A DNA stretch of 63,247 bases, filler included, from Reticulomyxa filosa (Eukaryota; Protista; Foraminifera), in NCBI GenBank assembly GCA_000512085.1. It is 9 parts of 9 records of this genome, joined end to end, with 100 filler letters (N's around TTAATTAATTAA, not from the genome) between each part and the next. Parts side by side here need not be neighbours in the genome. Positions count along the whole stretch, not along the records: positions 38,069 to 45,791 come from ASPP01023603.1; positions 45,892 to 51,420 come from ASPP01011372.1; positions 51,521 to 63,247 come from ASPP01007259.1; 6 more parts are not named here. The stretch is one strand, 5' to 3'. Both the position numbers and the translations under genes were made by a program. Each line of letters opens with the position of its first letter. Positions within the stretch are counted from its first letter, which is position 1. The notes below the pieces were generated by a model, which was given only the letters and a program-made list of their open reading frames with translations, made no database searches and was not told the origin of the DNA. Of the stretch, positions 40,040 through 52,565 are shown piece by piece.

Positions 40040-40524
40040 ATTTTATTTTTTAAGTTGAGATTTTCACATTTAAATTAAAACGAAGTAAAAAATTTCTTTT
40101 ATCAAATTCTCATCCATATTTCTCAATCCAAAAACAAAAAACTTATCTAAAAGATTTTAAACAAAGTTAAACGCAATGTCTCAGTATTCCTCTTTTATTA
40201 ATCTTACGGGCCAAGAAAGAGATTTCTGTAGTAAGTTATATTTTTTTAAAAAGGTATCTTTACATTACATTTTTGTAATGCATACCATCTTTAAATGTAA
40301 AGTCAATGATATTCATTCATCTATTTTGTTTTCACTGCTGTGCTTGTTTTTCAAGAACGTTCATCTTTGCTGGGTTAACGCTACTCTTAAAAAAAAAAAT
40401 TGAGCTCATAAAAGTAAGAAACATTAATAATGCAATCTACAGCTGATGAGAAAAAAACACAACAAAATACTTCAGGTGTTTTTTAAGTTAAAAAAATGAT
40501 TATGTCTTTCAAAATCCTGTGGAT

Positions 40525-42542
40525 ATGAAACGAGAGGAGAAAAATATAGATGGTTACTGTCGAACACCCACCGCAACGAGCGTTCAAATGTCATTCACGA
40601 GGGAAGACTATGTAGATGCAAACGCAATAGAAAGAGATAAAAACTATAAGCCAAGTGCGCCGATCCAAATAAGTTGAGTTTTGTTTAGCTGTGACGGTCA
40701 GTGTCTGTTCCTCGGTGCATGTTTTCTCTCATTCCCTCCAAGTACTCAGTATTTCGAAATTTCGCCAAAAGTGAATTTTTGTTGGTTTTTTTTTAAAAAA
40801 TATTTGCTATGAACACGAAAAACTGACTGCGAACAAAAGACCATGACAGTCTATTGTTGTCTGTTTCCATCGATCGATATGGGTTTCCAATTGAAAATCC
40901 AAGTCAAATAGACGAAGTAGAGCATCGAGCAATGTTACGAAAGGAAAATTATCGTCTAACTAAATGGCAAAGGTTTTTTTTCTTTCTTTCTTTCTTTCAA
41001 AAAAAAAATGTTATATTGCAATCGTATTACACTTGTGAAAGTTGATTGGTTGACCGAATTTTTTTTTGGCATCGGATTTGGATGTCGTGTTTTCTAAAAA
41101 ATGTGAAAAGGATGCTGTTTTCAAACAAAGACGGACAAATGCTGACATTGTCTTCCAAAGATTCGTTGGAGGCGCAGCTAAAGCAATGGGAGCTCGTGAA
41201 GACACATCACAAACTAAAGTCGAGGATTCGAAAAGGGGTTCCACAGGCATTGCGAGGAACAGTCTGGCAAAACTTGTGTGGTTCCAAGGAGAGGCGCTTG
41301 GAGCATTATAAAAAAGGGAAAACGGTCGATTTGTATTTCGATTTGGTTCGCCATTCAGAATCGCCCCATCATGACCTCATTTGGAAAGATATCAATCGCA
41401 CTTATCGAAAGCAAGCCCGTTTTGGAATGGTTGGGTTGACACAAACATTGCGTTCACATTCACATTCGCATTCGCATTCGCATTCGTGTTCCCAATCTCA
41501 ATTGCAAACTCAAACTCAAACTCAAACTCAACTTCAAACTCAAAATCGAACTCAGTCCCAATCGCAATCTTCGACAGACAACTACAATAATAAACATGAT
41601 CATGATGGACACGGGACCACAAATGATGTATTGAAATCCTCCTCGTCATACGAGACGGAGAACCACAAAGCGATAAGCGAGTCCAAGGAAGAGGACCCAA
41701 CCGGAGAAATTACATTTCTGCATCGCGACATGATCCAAGATTCTGATCAAATTGTCTCGCACTTGGATTTAGAAAGCACCCCACGGACGCACAAAAGCAG
41801 TTGTATAACGTCCTAAAAGTTACATTTCCATGAGTACACCAAGTTATATAAAAAAGGGGCATATATTTAATGTGCACTATATAACTGTGACGTACCTGTG
41901 GTCTTGTGTGTGTGTGTATGTGTATCCTGTTCATTTGATAAACCACACCAAACAAAGGCGTTTTCATTGTATCGACCAGACGTTGGCTATTGTCAAGGAA
42001 TGCAATCGATAGCTGCTCTAATGCTAATGCACTTGACGGAAGAAGAGGCGTTCTGGGTGCTAGTGTCACTGGCCGATGATCCAAAGTATTCGATGGATGT
42101 CTTGTGGCAGTCGTCTATGCCCGGAATTGGATTGCGGTTTTATCAATTAGAGCGGCTTGTTCGCTTGAAAATGTCAAAATTGGCATCACATTTGGAAGAG
42201 GAAGGGGCTAATAATCCGGCCACTTATCAAGCGACTCAATGGTTCGTCACGGGATTTTTAGCCACTTCAATGCGATTTGATTGCTTAATGCGAATTTGGG
42301 ATATCTATTTAAGCGAGGGTTTGAAGACAATGTTTCGCTTTGGCTTGGGGTTGTTGAAATACTTTGAAAATGATCTTCTCAATTCCAACTTTGAAGAAAT
42401 GGCCGAGATTTTTCAAAATGGCCCTGCTTCACTGAATGTTGAGGAATACATTGGTTTGTGTTTGCACAAAATTAAAGTCACTCATGCCGAACTTAATGCA
42501 CTGGAGAGACAATACAATACCACAAGTAAATTGAAAAAATAA
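40525..42542 (+). CDS. TBC-domain Rab GTPase-activating protein, multi-exon
   Basis: DRYGF, RIRKGVPQALRGTVW, IWKDINRT (Arg finger), QLYNVLK|AFSLYRPDVGYCQGM (Gln finger), EEEAFW, RIWDIYLSEG. Start is approximate. Confidence 0.92.
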
Positions 42543-43085
42543 ATGTCAATGGTTTTTTTTGTTTCTGTCACCCTTCTCGTTTAAAAGTGACAACTTTTTT
42601 TGTCTTGTTTTTGTTCTCTTTAGTTTTTCATTTCATTCGCTCCAAAATGTACAAAAGGTCTCCAAAATGTTTTTCTTTACTTTGCTTTTTTGTGCTGGTG
42701 CCTTTCTTGACATTATTGTGAGACTTTAACATCGAGCATACGCATTAAGGTAGTTATACTCACTGTTGCTTTTGTATGGTTTTTGCGCTTTTAGCAAAAA
42801 AAAAAATTCTGATTGTTTGTCCAAGTTTCGGTGAAAATACTCTTATTTTATCCTTCTCTTCGACAGTCCGACAGTTACAAATATCCACTTTCAAAAAAAA
42901 TACTTTGTAGTTACTATGGAGTTTGAATGTTGAATAGATAAATTATGTTGCGGGACATGAAAACAACAAATTCCATGAGAAACGTCTTTGTAGAAGTTTT
43001 TTTGGATTTTGTTGTTTTGAACCGACTGTCCAACCTTGCAAAACTCGAGTTTTGCTCCCTTCATCAGACTCAAAAAATTTATGCA

Positions 43086-43638
43086 ATGGAATCAGATGTT
43101 AAAGAGATATCACAAGTAAACCTTGATACCGCTTCCAAATTATTATTACAAGGATGGACATTGACAGCAAGGAGCTGCCCTATTTGCTTACACCCACTTT
43201 TTAAGAAAGCTGAGATGGGATTGTTTTGTGCTGAATGTAATCTTCCCGTACGAACAGAGGAAGAACTACAAAAAACGAATCAATATTACACCATAACGAA
43301 TATTGACAAACACGATGACAAATGATGCATCTACTTTTGTTGAAAAAGAAACACCGAAATTAGATTTGACCGTTGACGAAAAAAAGATTCCCTCAGAACC
43401 AAAGCAGTACAAAAAACCCAGAAACACAAAAAAAAAACTTTGTAACAATGAGCTAACAAATGACATAATTGACACTGTGCTGAAGAGTAAACAGTGTTTA
43501 AGAAATCGTATGTCTCATGTTGACAAGAGAGAAACGCATCAAAACTGGAATGAATTTACGAACAAAGCTAGCCATACGCTGCAAAAAATGGATGCATTAA
43601 TTTCTTCACTTGAAGTGTATTGTTTGACTATGTCTTAA
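43086..43638 (+). CDS. ZNRD2: SSSCA1/ZNRD2 (autoantigen p27)-like zinc ribbon protein, one frameshift
   Basis: ASKLLLQGWTLTARSCPICLHPLF...FCAEC is the p27 autoantigen signature; a +1 shift near 43308-43325 joins it to ORF 43303-43638. Confidence 0.8.
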
Positions 43639-44028
43639 TTTCAAAAAGGCAATCGAAATTTTCCCATTGTATTTCAAAATAAATATGACCAACATATTTT
43701 TGTCTTCAGATTAAACAGTAAAACTACATTTTTTACTATTCACTCGTGACATTTATCTTTCATGCGGGTCAAATAACAAAAGAAAAAGGGTAGTAATTTG
43801 CAAGTCGACATCAAATAGACGAAAAAAAATAGCAAGAAATGTAAAATCAGAATTGAAAACAGTCGAAGAACAACTAACAGAACATAAGATAGTTTTTTTG
43901 AAGACTTGGGGATGCTCCCACAACACAAGTGGTTCTGAGTATATGACAGGTTTGTTAGCATAAAGCGGTTACGAAGTGGTAACGGAAGAAGGAAAAAAGA
44001 GTTTATGTGATCTTTGGCTCCTAAACTC

Positions 44029-44563
44029 ATGCACCGTGAAAGGTCCGTCTCAGGATCATTTCATGACTTTAACAAGGAGAGCAAAGGCTCTAGAAAAGCC
44101 CGTTCATCGTTTGTGGCTGTGTTCCTCAGGGACAAAAAACAGTTAAAGCAGTATAATCCTATTTTTAGCAAATGCGAATCTGCACACAAAGATGAATGTT
44201 ATCTTTTTTTGTTGATGGATATGAACATTATGTGAACTGGCAGTGGTACCCTCTTACCAGTCCCACTACTCACAACGGAGCACGGATTCACAGCTTCCTT
44301 TGAACCAGGTCGCGGAACGCTCCAAACCTTCAAGACCCATGGACAACAAAAGGAAAACTAGCAAATGGACAAAACTCGACACAAAAAGAGAGAAAGACAA
44401 ACAAATGTATTACAATATTCGTGATCTCAGAGGAATTGGACCCAGCTACACTGGATTCCAAAAAAAGGTGAGTCAAATATTGACTTTGACGACCATATTT
44501 GGATTATTGATCACATTTGAATTCTTTAACTCCCTCTTTTTTTTAATATGGCTTATAGTGTAA
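44029..44563 (+). CDS. Small basic hypothetical protein, spliced
   Basis: ATG 44029; intron approx. 44102-44243 joins two ORFs in frame; strong GTGAGT donor at ~44468. Confidence 0.45.
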
Positions 44564-44978
44564 TCAAATATTTATAATTGTTTGTTCTTCCTTTTTTTTA
44601 AAACAAAAAAGCAATTGTGTTGTTGTCTTTTTTTTTTGACCACATTACTGTGACAACACCTGATCAAGTACTTTTTTTGAGACTAATTGAAAAAGCAAAC
44701 TAAGTTAAATTTTTTAATAGAAAGTAGACGCTCGAACGTGCTAACAAAGTAAAAAGTAGATACAATTCAAAATTTTAAGTTTGTCGTTTTTCTGTTCTTT
44801 TTGTGGGCAGTTATTGTTTTCTTTTTTTATCAAATGAATCTACCAGCACGTTTTCATTTAAATCGCAAATCTTTATATAGCTTTTTCTGTAGCTTTGAAA
44901 ACGTGTCAAAGTTCACTGCAAGAGCAAGTTTTGTGGACATCGTCCTTTAATTTTTTTTTAAAAAGAAAGATCTGGAAA

Positions 44979-45125
44979 ATGTCTAAAGAAGATTTGATGG
45001 CACCAGCGTATGAAGTAGAAGATGATAATAAAGTTGAGGCAGTTGCACAAGTACCTTTGCGAAAAGAATTTAGCGGTTTATGTTTTAAGTTTGATGTGTA
45101 GAATAGCAATTTCTGGCAATCATAA
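44979..45125 (+). CDS. Candidate 31-aa spliced micropeptide
   Basis: MSKEDLMAPAYEVEDDNKVEAVAQ | GT-AG intron 45051-45101 | NSNFWQS*. Confidence 0.4.
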
Positions 45126-45791
45126 ATGCTCTTTTAAAAGGCATACTCAATCATCACGATTGTTATTTCGAAAATTTATTTGCTGTTGATTTTCTAAATT
45201 GCTTCAATAATTGTCTTGTCTATATTTTTTTTTGTTATTGATACTTTTTCTGATATATCATTATAGCTCTTGAAACTTCACAACGCAGCGCAAAAAAAAC
45301 TCATTTTCTTGTCTGAAAAATAGTTTGTTGATAATTATGGCACATTTGTTTTCCACTTCCGTTGATCTTAGGATATGTTAAAGTTCAAAAACTATTTTTT
45401 AATGGAACGTGAAAATTTCGAGCAAGTAGAAAAAAAATTATTGATTCATAAAATTCTGGAAGATTTGATATGGTTACAGAACAAATCATTTTAGTTCCCT
45501 ACTCCAAAAATTAGATTAAGATCGTCGTTTGACCGTTTGATAAACTGCACAAACGATAGACGAATATTTTAATTTTTTTTTGTATGATACTTTTAATTTA
45601 AATTTATTTTTGCAAAATGAAAAATTAAACAATTGTTTTTCATATGAAAATTCAGCCCGACTTGGCAAAAAAACATCAACACAGCACAATTTAATAAAAA
45701 ACACTTTTTTTTTCAGTGTCCCGGTTTTCGATATTAATCATATATAACACGATAACAATATCACAAAAATCATCAACATAATGGAACGCGT

Positions 45792-45891
45792 NNNNNNNNN
45801 NNNNNNNNNNNNNNNNNNNNNNNNNNNNNNNNNNNTTAATTAATTAANNNNNNNNNNNNNNNNNNNNNNNNNNNNNNNNNNNNNNNNNNNN
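45792..45891. other. Artificial assembly spacer
   Basis: N44-TTAATTAATTAA-N44. Confidence 0.99.
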
Positions 45892-46249
45892 AAAATTAAC
45901 GGAAGGGTATGAAAAAGTGATGGCGATGGAGCAACAAGAAACATCAAAAAAAAAGTCTATTCGTGTTGAAAGACATTTGGATGTTACGTGCCCACAAAAA
46001 AAAAATTTTGTTTATTATTTTCATCATCAACAATAACTTTTTTATTTTTATTTTATTTTTAATGTGCAAGGTAGAAATAATTTTTTTTTTTTTTTTTTTT
46101 TTATTATTAACTTTACATTTGAAGGCCAATATGATGGGCGCCCCCGTAATTTGTTGTTATTGTTGTGTTGACAAAGCTAAAAACGGCAATAGGAAAAAAA
46201 ATAACAACAAACAACAAACAACAAAAATATAACAATAAAAATAAAAAAA

Positions 46250-49200
46250 GAGTGACAAACCTACATTTACATTGGCTTATGGAACTGCCACTGGCAATGC
46301 CAAGGCGATAGCGCTTGAAATAGCTCAAATTGCATCTAATGGCGATCAACAGTGCCTCGTGCAAGGACCGATGGAACTAAACGCGTTGGCGACGAAAGCA
46401 GCGTTTACTCAATTGCCAGAACGACGTGTGCTTGTGATTGTGTGCTCCACAACCGGAGATGGGGAGGTGCCAGAATGTGCGGCACGTTTCTATCGCAAAT
46501 TGCGAATGAAACTTAGTGAATTTGAAGAAAATGAAAAACAAGAGGACAACGACGATAGAGCCAAATGGCTGGCATATACCCATTACGCCATTTTAGGATT
46601 GGGGGATTCCAACTATTCTCAATTCAACGCTGCAGCTAGAAAACTTGATGACGTCATCATAAAATTAGGTGCAAAGAAATTTTTATTATACTGGAATGGG
46701 TGATGATGGCACTGGGTTTGTTTCTTTTTATTGTTTTTCTTTGTTTGTTCTAAAGCATTGAACCTAATTTTTTTTTTTTAAAACGTTCCCCCCCTTTTTT
46801 TTGTTTTTTTTTTTTTTTTTTGGTGATAAGGCTCGAAGATGTTGTGGAACCGTGGAAACACGGAGTGGTGAAGGAAATCCGACGCATTTGGCCACAAATC
46901 GTAGAGGAATTCATTCGCACATCCCCATCTTTGGTCCCACAATGGAAAAGCCTTCGAAGCTCAATACTCAGCAGTCCCCAAGCGACTAGTTCGCAGCTTC
47001 GTAGTCATGTGTTTGGTGAGGACATTGGCGACGAACTGTCCTCCATTTCGGTTGAAGCGGCCTCGTTCAATCGCACCGACAGTACCTTCGACTTGGCTGC
47101 ATTGGCCGAGAGAAGGCAGGAGGAAAAAACGACAGAGGGAAAGGCAGCGGATCGAAGACAAGCTGCTTACTCATCCGTTGCAGAACCGTTATCGTCACAC
47201 AGACATCAAGCCGACGAGTCCACAGATTCGCTTCACGTTTTAATGAAAGAAGCCAAACAACGAGTCAATGAAAAAATATTGGAGGAATTGCCAACGACGA
47301 CTACAACCACAACCACAACCACAACCACAACCACGACTGCGATTACTTTGAATGACGTAACCGGCAGTGACAAACAAGAAACGAAACAAAATGAGATTCT
47401 TTTGGACTCACAGTCCACCCGAGCTGCTTTTTGGGAAAATGTCAATGTAATCATAATAATCCATTTACACATACATATATATCTTTATGTGTACACATGC
47501 ATATATACATATATATAAATATATGCGCATACATTATAAAAAAGGGCTCACGTCATTCGGATTCAACCATGCTTCCATCGCCTAGTCTCAGTGGCACCAA
47601 ACGATTTCGCATTCACTATTTCGAAGCAGACGAAGCAGACCGCATTCGCAAGTCGGAAGATGCCATCTTTTCGCAGAGATTCCATTGCGTGCAGGATTCA
47701 ATGGGGTCGCCGACAGGCATGGCACGCGATAGCGCAAAAATGAATCTGACACACACACGCGACGAAATCGATTTGAAGAATGGGCGCATTCCCTCGTCTT
47801 CATCGATGAAAAGTCATGTGATATCGTACGACAAAAATGCCCCTTTTTTGGCAACATTTTCCAAAGCCTATTTTTTGACCACATCTCAATCTTCAAAGAA
47901 TGTACTCCATTTGGAATTAAGGCTGCCCAATGGAGTATCGTATCAAACTGGAGACCTGCTGTGTGTGTATGTACCCAATCCGGATGATTTTGTTCATTCG
48001 CTATTGCGCCGTGTGAACATTGACAAATCCTATGTTATTGATGTCAAACCCATCAATGACACATTGACGACGAGGCCTCTGCCCCATATCTATTCTCCTG
48101 CGACTATCGAAAACATTTTCAGATATTGTTTGGAACTGAAAGCAGTTCCTCATAAGACGCTTATCCGGGCGTTATCGTGTTGTTGCTCGAACGTTGACGA
48201 TCAACGGGCATTGGAAGAGTTGGCAGCCTCAAGTTGAGACTATTCATTTTCATTGAACTTTTTTTTAAAAATCGCTCCCCCTTTTTTTTTTTTTAAATTA
48301 TTGGTATTGGGTATTGATCACGCAGAGCGAAGAGTGAAAAATGGCACCATCTTGGACTTATTGGAGCAGTTTCCGAGCTGTGAACCCTCGTTGGAACTTT
48401 TGTTGACACATATCCCGCCCCTGAAACCTCGACAGTATTCAATAACCAGTTGTCCGTATATTCATCCCGAACACGCCCACATCTGCTTTCGAGTGATGCG
48501 ATACAATGACACGCTCGTCTCTTCCAAAATTACAACGGACACGGAATTGGATACGCATATGCTCTCTTCTGCAACCAATGGCAAAGAGAAGCACAAACAT
48601 TTGGATGGCTTGTGTACCACGTGGTTGTTCAATTTATGCAAAGAGAGTGGTATGTTACCCAAAAGCAATCGTATTGGGCTTGGATTAACCTATTGCTCCA
48701 ATCCATCTAATATTCACAATTATAAAGGATTCCTCATGGATGAGTTTTCTCGTCGGCCAAAAATTCCTGTCTATTTCAAGGCTGCCTCGCATTTTACTTT
48801 GCCAAGAGACGATGTTGTGTATAGTAACTTAATTCTTGTTGGACCAGGTATTTACTTATGCCAAAAAAAAAACAAACTTTCTTTCTTCTTTTTCTTTTTC
48901 TTTTTCTTTTTAATTTGATTCGATAATTTACATATGAATTCGAACAATCTTTGCTTGCCTTGATTCACTTACTATAGGCACCGGAGTGGCACCATTTCGT
49001 GGGTTTTTGCAGGAACGAGAGTACTCGTCGCAGGTGATGAAAAAATCACACGGCTCTGCGTTGGCATGCATGGGCGCATGGCGTAACCTTGATATGACGT
49101 TAGAAGACGAAACGGGTATGGAAAACGTGATGGAAAACGAGGATGAAGATAACGAACTTCTTACCAATGGATGGGAAGAAAGCAAATTGACTAACACTGG

Positions 49201-49747
49201 AAAGGTTGTCTTATTCTTTGGCTGTCGCAATCCACAACAAGATTTTTTATATGAATCTGATTGGAGACATTTTCAACAGGTTTTTTTTTTTTTTCTATTT
49301 ATTAAAAGAGGGGGAAAAAAAAAGGGGAGGGGGGAACAGTTCTTTGATGATAATGAGTTTAGTTTGATGACTGTACAGAAAGGAGTGTTGACTGATTTCT
49401 TATGCGCATTTTCGCGATCCGAAAAAAATCGAAAAATTTATGTTCAAGACAAGATTCGAGAAAATGCACAAATGGTGGCGAACTTGATATTGAAGGAACA
49501 TGCCTACGTGTATGTATGTGGAGATGCCTCTGCAATGGCCAAAGACGTGGAAACAGCCATAATCGAGGTGTTGTCATTGCACTCTGACTTAGTAATAAAC
49601 GAAGCAAGAAAATATGTTAATCAAATGCAAACGAGTGGTCGCTACAAAGTGGACATTTGGAGTACTGTGGCTCCTTTTGTGACAAATGGCGAGTCCAGTG
49701 ATGGCAAACAACCTTATGAGAAAGAAAAGTCTCTTTTCTCCTCTTAG
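46250..49747 (+). CDS. MTRR: Methionine synthase reductase (diflavin reductase), multi-exon, probably 5'-partial
   Basis: Flavodoxin motifs YGTATGNAKAIA, STTGDGE, LGLGDSNY; TGMGDDGTG|LEDVVEPW after removing one T at 46680-46684 (MTRR-type); PRQYSI, GLCTTWL, GPGTGVAPFRGF, FFGCR, YVCGDA, DIWS. Confidence 0.85.
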
Positions 49748-50471
49748 CAAATTTTTCCATGCATTTAAGCTGGGCAGAGTGTTGCTCCTACCCAGGAAAG
49801 CACCTCTGTTGCTTGCCGAGTGTTTTGCACGAAAACTGAAATCTTAAAGCGAAGTTATTGAATGTTGGGGAGGGTGTCAAATGATATATCGTTTTTTCTA
49901 GTTCGATAAAAAAATGAATACACTGCAAGTTATTGTTTTTTTTTTTTTTTTTTTTAGGTTGTGATTTAAAAACCAATTTTTTATAAGCTCACTTTGAGAT
50001 AAGCATAGCATACCAAAACTTGTTTTAGTTTTTGTTCCTTGTATTTGTTTCCGCTTTGTCCCAAGGTTCTTGAGAAAAAGTTTGGTGTTGACATTTTTAT
50101 TTTATTATTTTTTCTTTCAAAACTATTACTTCTCACTTCATTTTTTATTGGATCATTTTGGTTAGTATCTCTTGATAACTGGATCAACAATTCCAAACAA
50201 GACTGTTAAACTCAGATTTGTGACATCTCTAAGAGCAAAACAAAGTATCTTCAATGTTTATATAAATTAGTAAAAAAACTCATCAAAAAAAAAAACAAAC
50301 TAATCAATGTTTGATAATATTTTTTTTGCAATATTCATATCGTGAGAAATAGCATGTGCAAATAACTATAATTTCTCTACAAATTTTTTTTCAAAATAAA
50401 AAGTGTGGTTCATGAAAACATAAAAAGGATAAGTAAAAGTATCGATTTATTGACATAGTATCTGCCTCAAG

Positions 50472-50619
50472 ATTATGTGTTGTCAATCCGGAGATGTGCA
50501 TGATTGTGAAAGCGATATGTGCAACGAGATGTTGCTTAAATACTAGGATTGCTTGACGCATAATTGGTGGACGGGAATGCGCTTAACCTATGGTTAAGCG
50601 ATTCTTCGTTCATTTTTTT
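50472..50619 (+). ncRNA. Unidentified structured RNA candidate with T7 terminator-like run
   Basis: Nested stems with G-U pairs, a GAAA tetraloop, a ~20-bp 3' hairpin and T7 at 50613-50619, in a GC-enriched intergenic island with no ORF. Confidence 0.65.
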
Positions 50620-50842
50620 AAAAATATGTTCAAAATTTGAAGAAATATGCTTATGTTTTTCAATCTAAAGAAATTTTTTATATATTCAAATCACAAAATT
50701 ATAACGCTTTGTAAAACAAAATTTTGATTATTTTTGGCTTTTCTTGTTTGTGTTGATCAAATCGTTAAAAAATTAATACTGTTTTTAATATTTACAAAAG
50801 GTTTAGTTAAGCAGACTTAAAAAAAACTCGTAAGGATAAAGA

Positions 50843-51420
50843 ATGTCGCAAGGCTTTGGACATTCCACAAGAGTGATAAAAAACATTTTATTGACTGGAA
50901 GCCCAGGAGTGGGGAAAACAACATGTATTAAGTATATAGTCAAAGCTCTTTTTTCAAAGTACAGTTCAAACGTGTCCGCAAAAGAATGTAAAATCCATGT
51001 AAGTGGATTTTATTCGCAAGAAAAGCGAGACCGAGAACGTAATAATCGAATTGGCTTTGACATTGTATCAGTACCAGACGAAAAAGTTTCAATATTGGCT
51101 CGTTGCGAGCCATATGTGCCGCAAGAATGCCGCGGTAAAAACAATCCAATGGTTAGCAAGTACGTCGTAGACTTAGTTGGCTTCGAGAAGGCAGTGCTGC
51201 CATTATTGGACGCAGCAATCCAACGTTCTCGAGAGCAAAGCAGTTACTCACAAACCAAATGCGAAGAAAAAGGGTAGGATGAGGAGAGGGGATAGACGTG
51301 TTAAGCAAAACTATTGCAAGGTAGTGTCATTAATTGTCATTGAAAAAGCATAAGCGAGCACGTATCATGTGCCCTTTTGTTTTAATCTCAGAACAAAATT
51401 TGTACAATACTAAAAAAAAA
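50843..51420 (+). CDS. NTPCR: NTPase_1 family (NTPCR/THEP1) P-loop NTPase, 3'-truncated
   Basis: ILLTGSPGVGKTT, GFYSQE.R, RIGFDIV, ILAR, VSKYVVDL..FE. The Walker B exon is not reached before the spacer. Confidence 0.88.
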
Positions 51421-51520
51421 NNNNNNNNNNNNNNNNNNNNNNNNNNNNNNNNNNNNNNNNNNNNTTAATTAATTAANNNNNNNNNNNNNNNNNNNNNNNN
51501 NNNNNNNNNNNNNNNNNNNN
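51421..51520. other. Artificial assembly spacer
   Basis: N44-TTAATTAATTAA-N44. Confidence 0.99.
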
Positions 51521-51797
51521 CTCATACATAGTTACTGTTCATTTGTGGTGCTTTTGTTTAATTGAAAAAAAAGAGCCGAAGTGACAACCAGTCAACTCTG
51601 TTTTCTTCACAAAGATACGATCCAAAAAATGTCAATACAAAGATTTTTTTTAGTTGGCTTTATGTAAGCTGAAGACCAAGTTGTCAAGTAATTACGACAG
51701 TCAAAATTTTTTTTGACTTTTTTTGCAAAGTGCTAAAAAAATCTTCACATCAACTCTCAAAAGTACTCCCAAAACTCTATTATATGTAAAAAAAAGT

Positions 51798-52269
51798 TTA
51801 TTTTTTTGTCTCATTGACGCTCTGGGTTTGATATTTTTGGGCAAGGGTTCTGACAAGAGGCTTCAAAGCAAAGTACAAAGCAATAGATGCAATTGGCACA
51901 AAGAAACTCCACGCAATAATGGCAGAGAACAAGATGCCACCGAAATCGTGGACGCCTTTCAAGAAATCTTGTTTGATTGCGTCAATGAGTTTGCCTACGT
52001 CCGGGATAGCACTTCCATCTTTGCCGTAGATGTAATTACCGCAGATGATGAACACGGGAATCATTGCTAATTCCAAAGGAGTTACTAACAAGTTCACTGA
52101 TGTCATCACTGGCACATTAACGTTCACAAATATTGCCGCCATCCAACATATTAAACTGGTAGTACCAGGCACTGGAAACATCCCCAACGTTATCCCCAAA
52201 ACAATGCTTAACGTCAAGCTTTCTACAGAAATGTTCTGAGTAAAAATGTTTTTCACTCGTTCTCTCATT
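51798..52269 (-). CDS. DUF2062-family membrane protein
   Basis: SVESLTLSIVLGITLGMFPVPGTTSLIC...N.PVM..VNLLVTPLELAMIPVFI..G matches the DUF2062 pattern; no intron within the ORF. Confidence 0.8.
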
Positions 52270-52565
52270 ATTATCGATTTGTGGATGTATTCAAACCAAA
52301 ACTGAATGTAGGGCAACGAATGTTGTGGTGACCCTGTTGCCAACGGATTTTAATATCACGCAGCGTGCTACTCGATCAATTATACAATTAACAAGCCTAA
52401 AAACTAAAACACCAAATTTTAGTTTTGCGGAGTGAGCCTTTCCATTGTATATTGTTTCAGTGATTCAATTCAAACATATTCCACAATCTCTTAAAATTTC
52501 GTTTAAAATTGAGTTCGTTAAAAAGGGTAGCGAGAGCTAAAAAAAATAATTAAGGAATAACAGTC

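Noticed and set aside
40809-40826. ATG followed by in-frame TGA upstream of the TBC domain (possible readthrough or selenocysteine)
   Set aside because: Falls within a predicted intron (~40673-40839) that joins an upstream exon in frame; no recoding needed.
49765-50094. Possible ~50-aa spliced minus-strand gene (MSTPNFFSRTLGQ...)
   Set aside because: A splice can be drawn but there is no recognisable motif or independent support.
50422-50431. AAAAAGGATA as the 5' end of a U11 snRNA including the downstream structure
   Set aside because: No U11-type closing stem with the sequence before the Sm-like site, total length would be too long, and the motif is low complexity.
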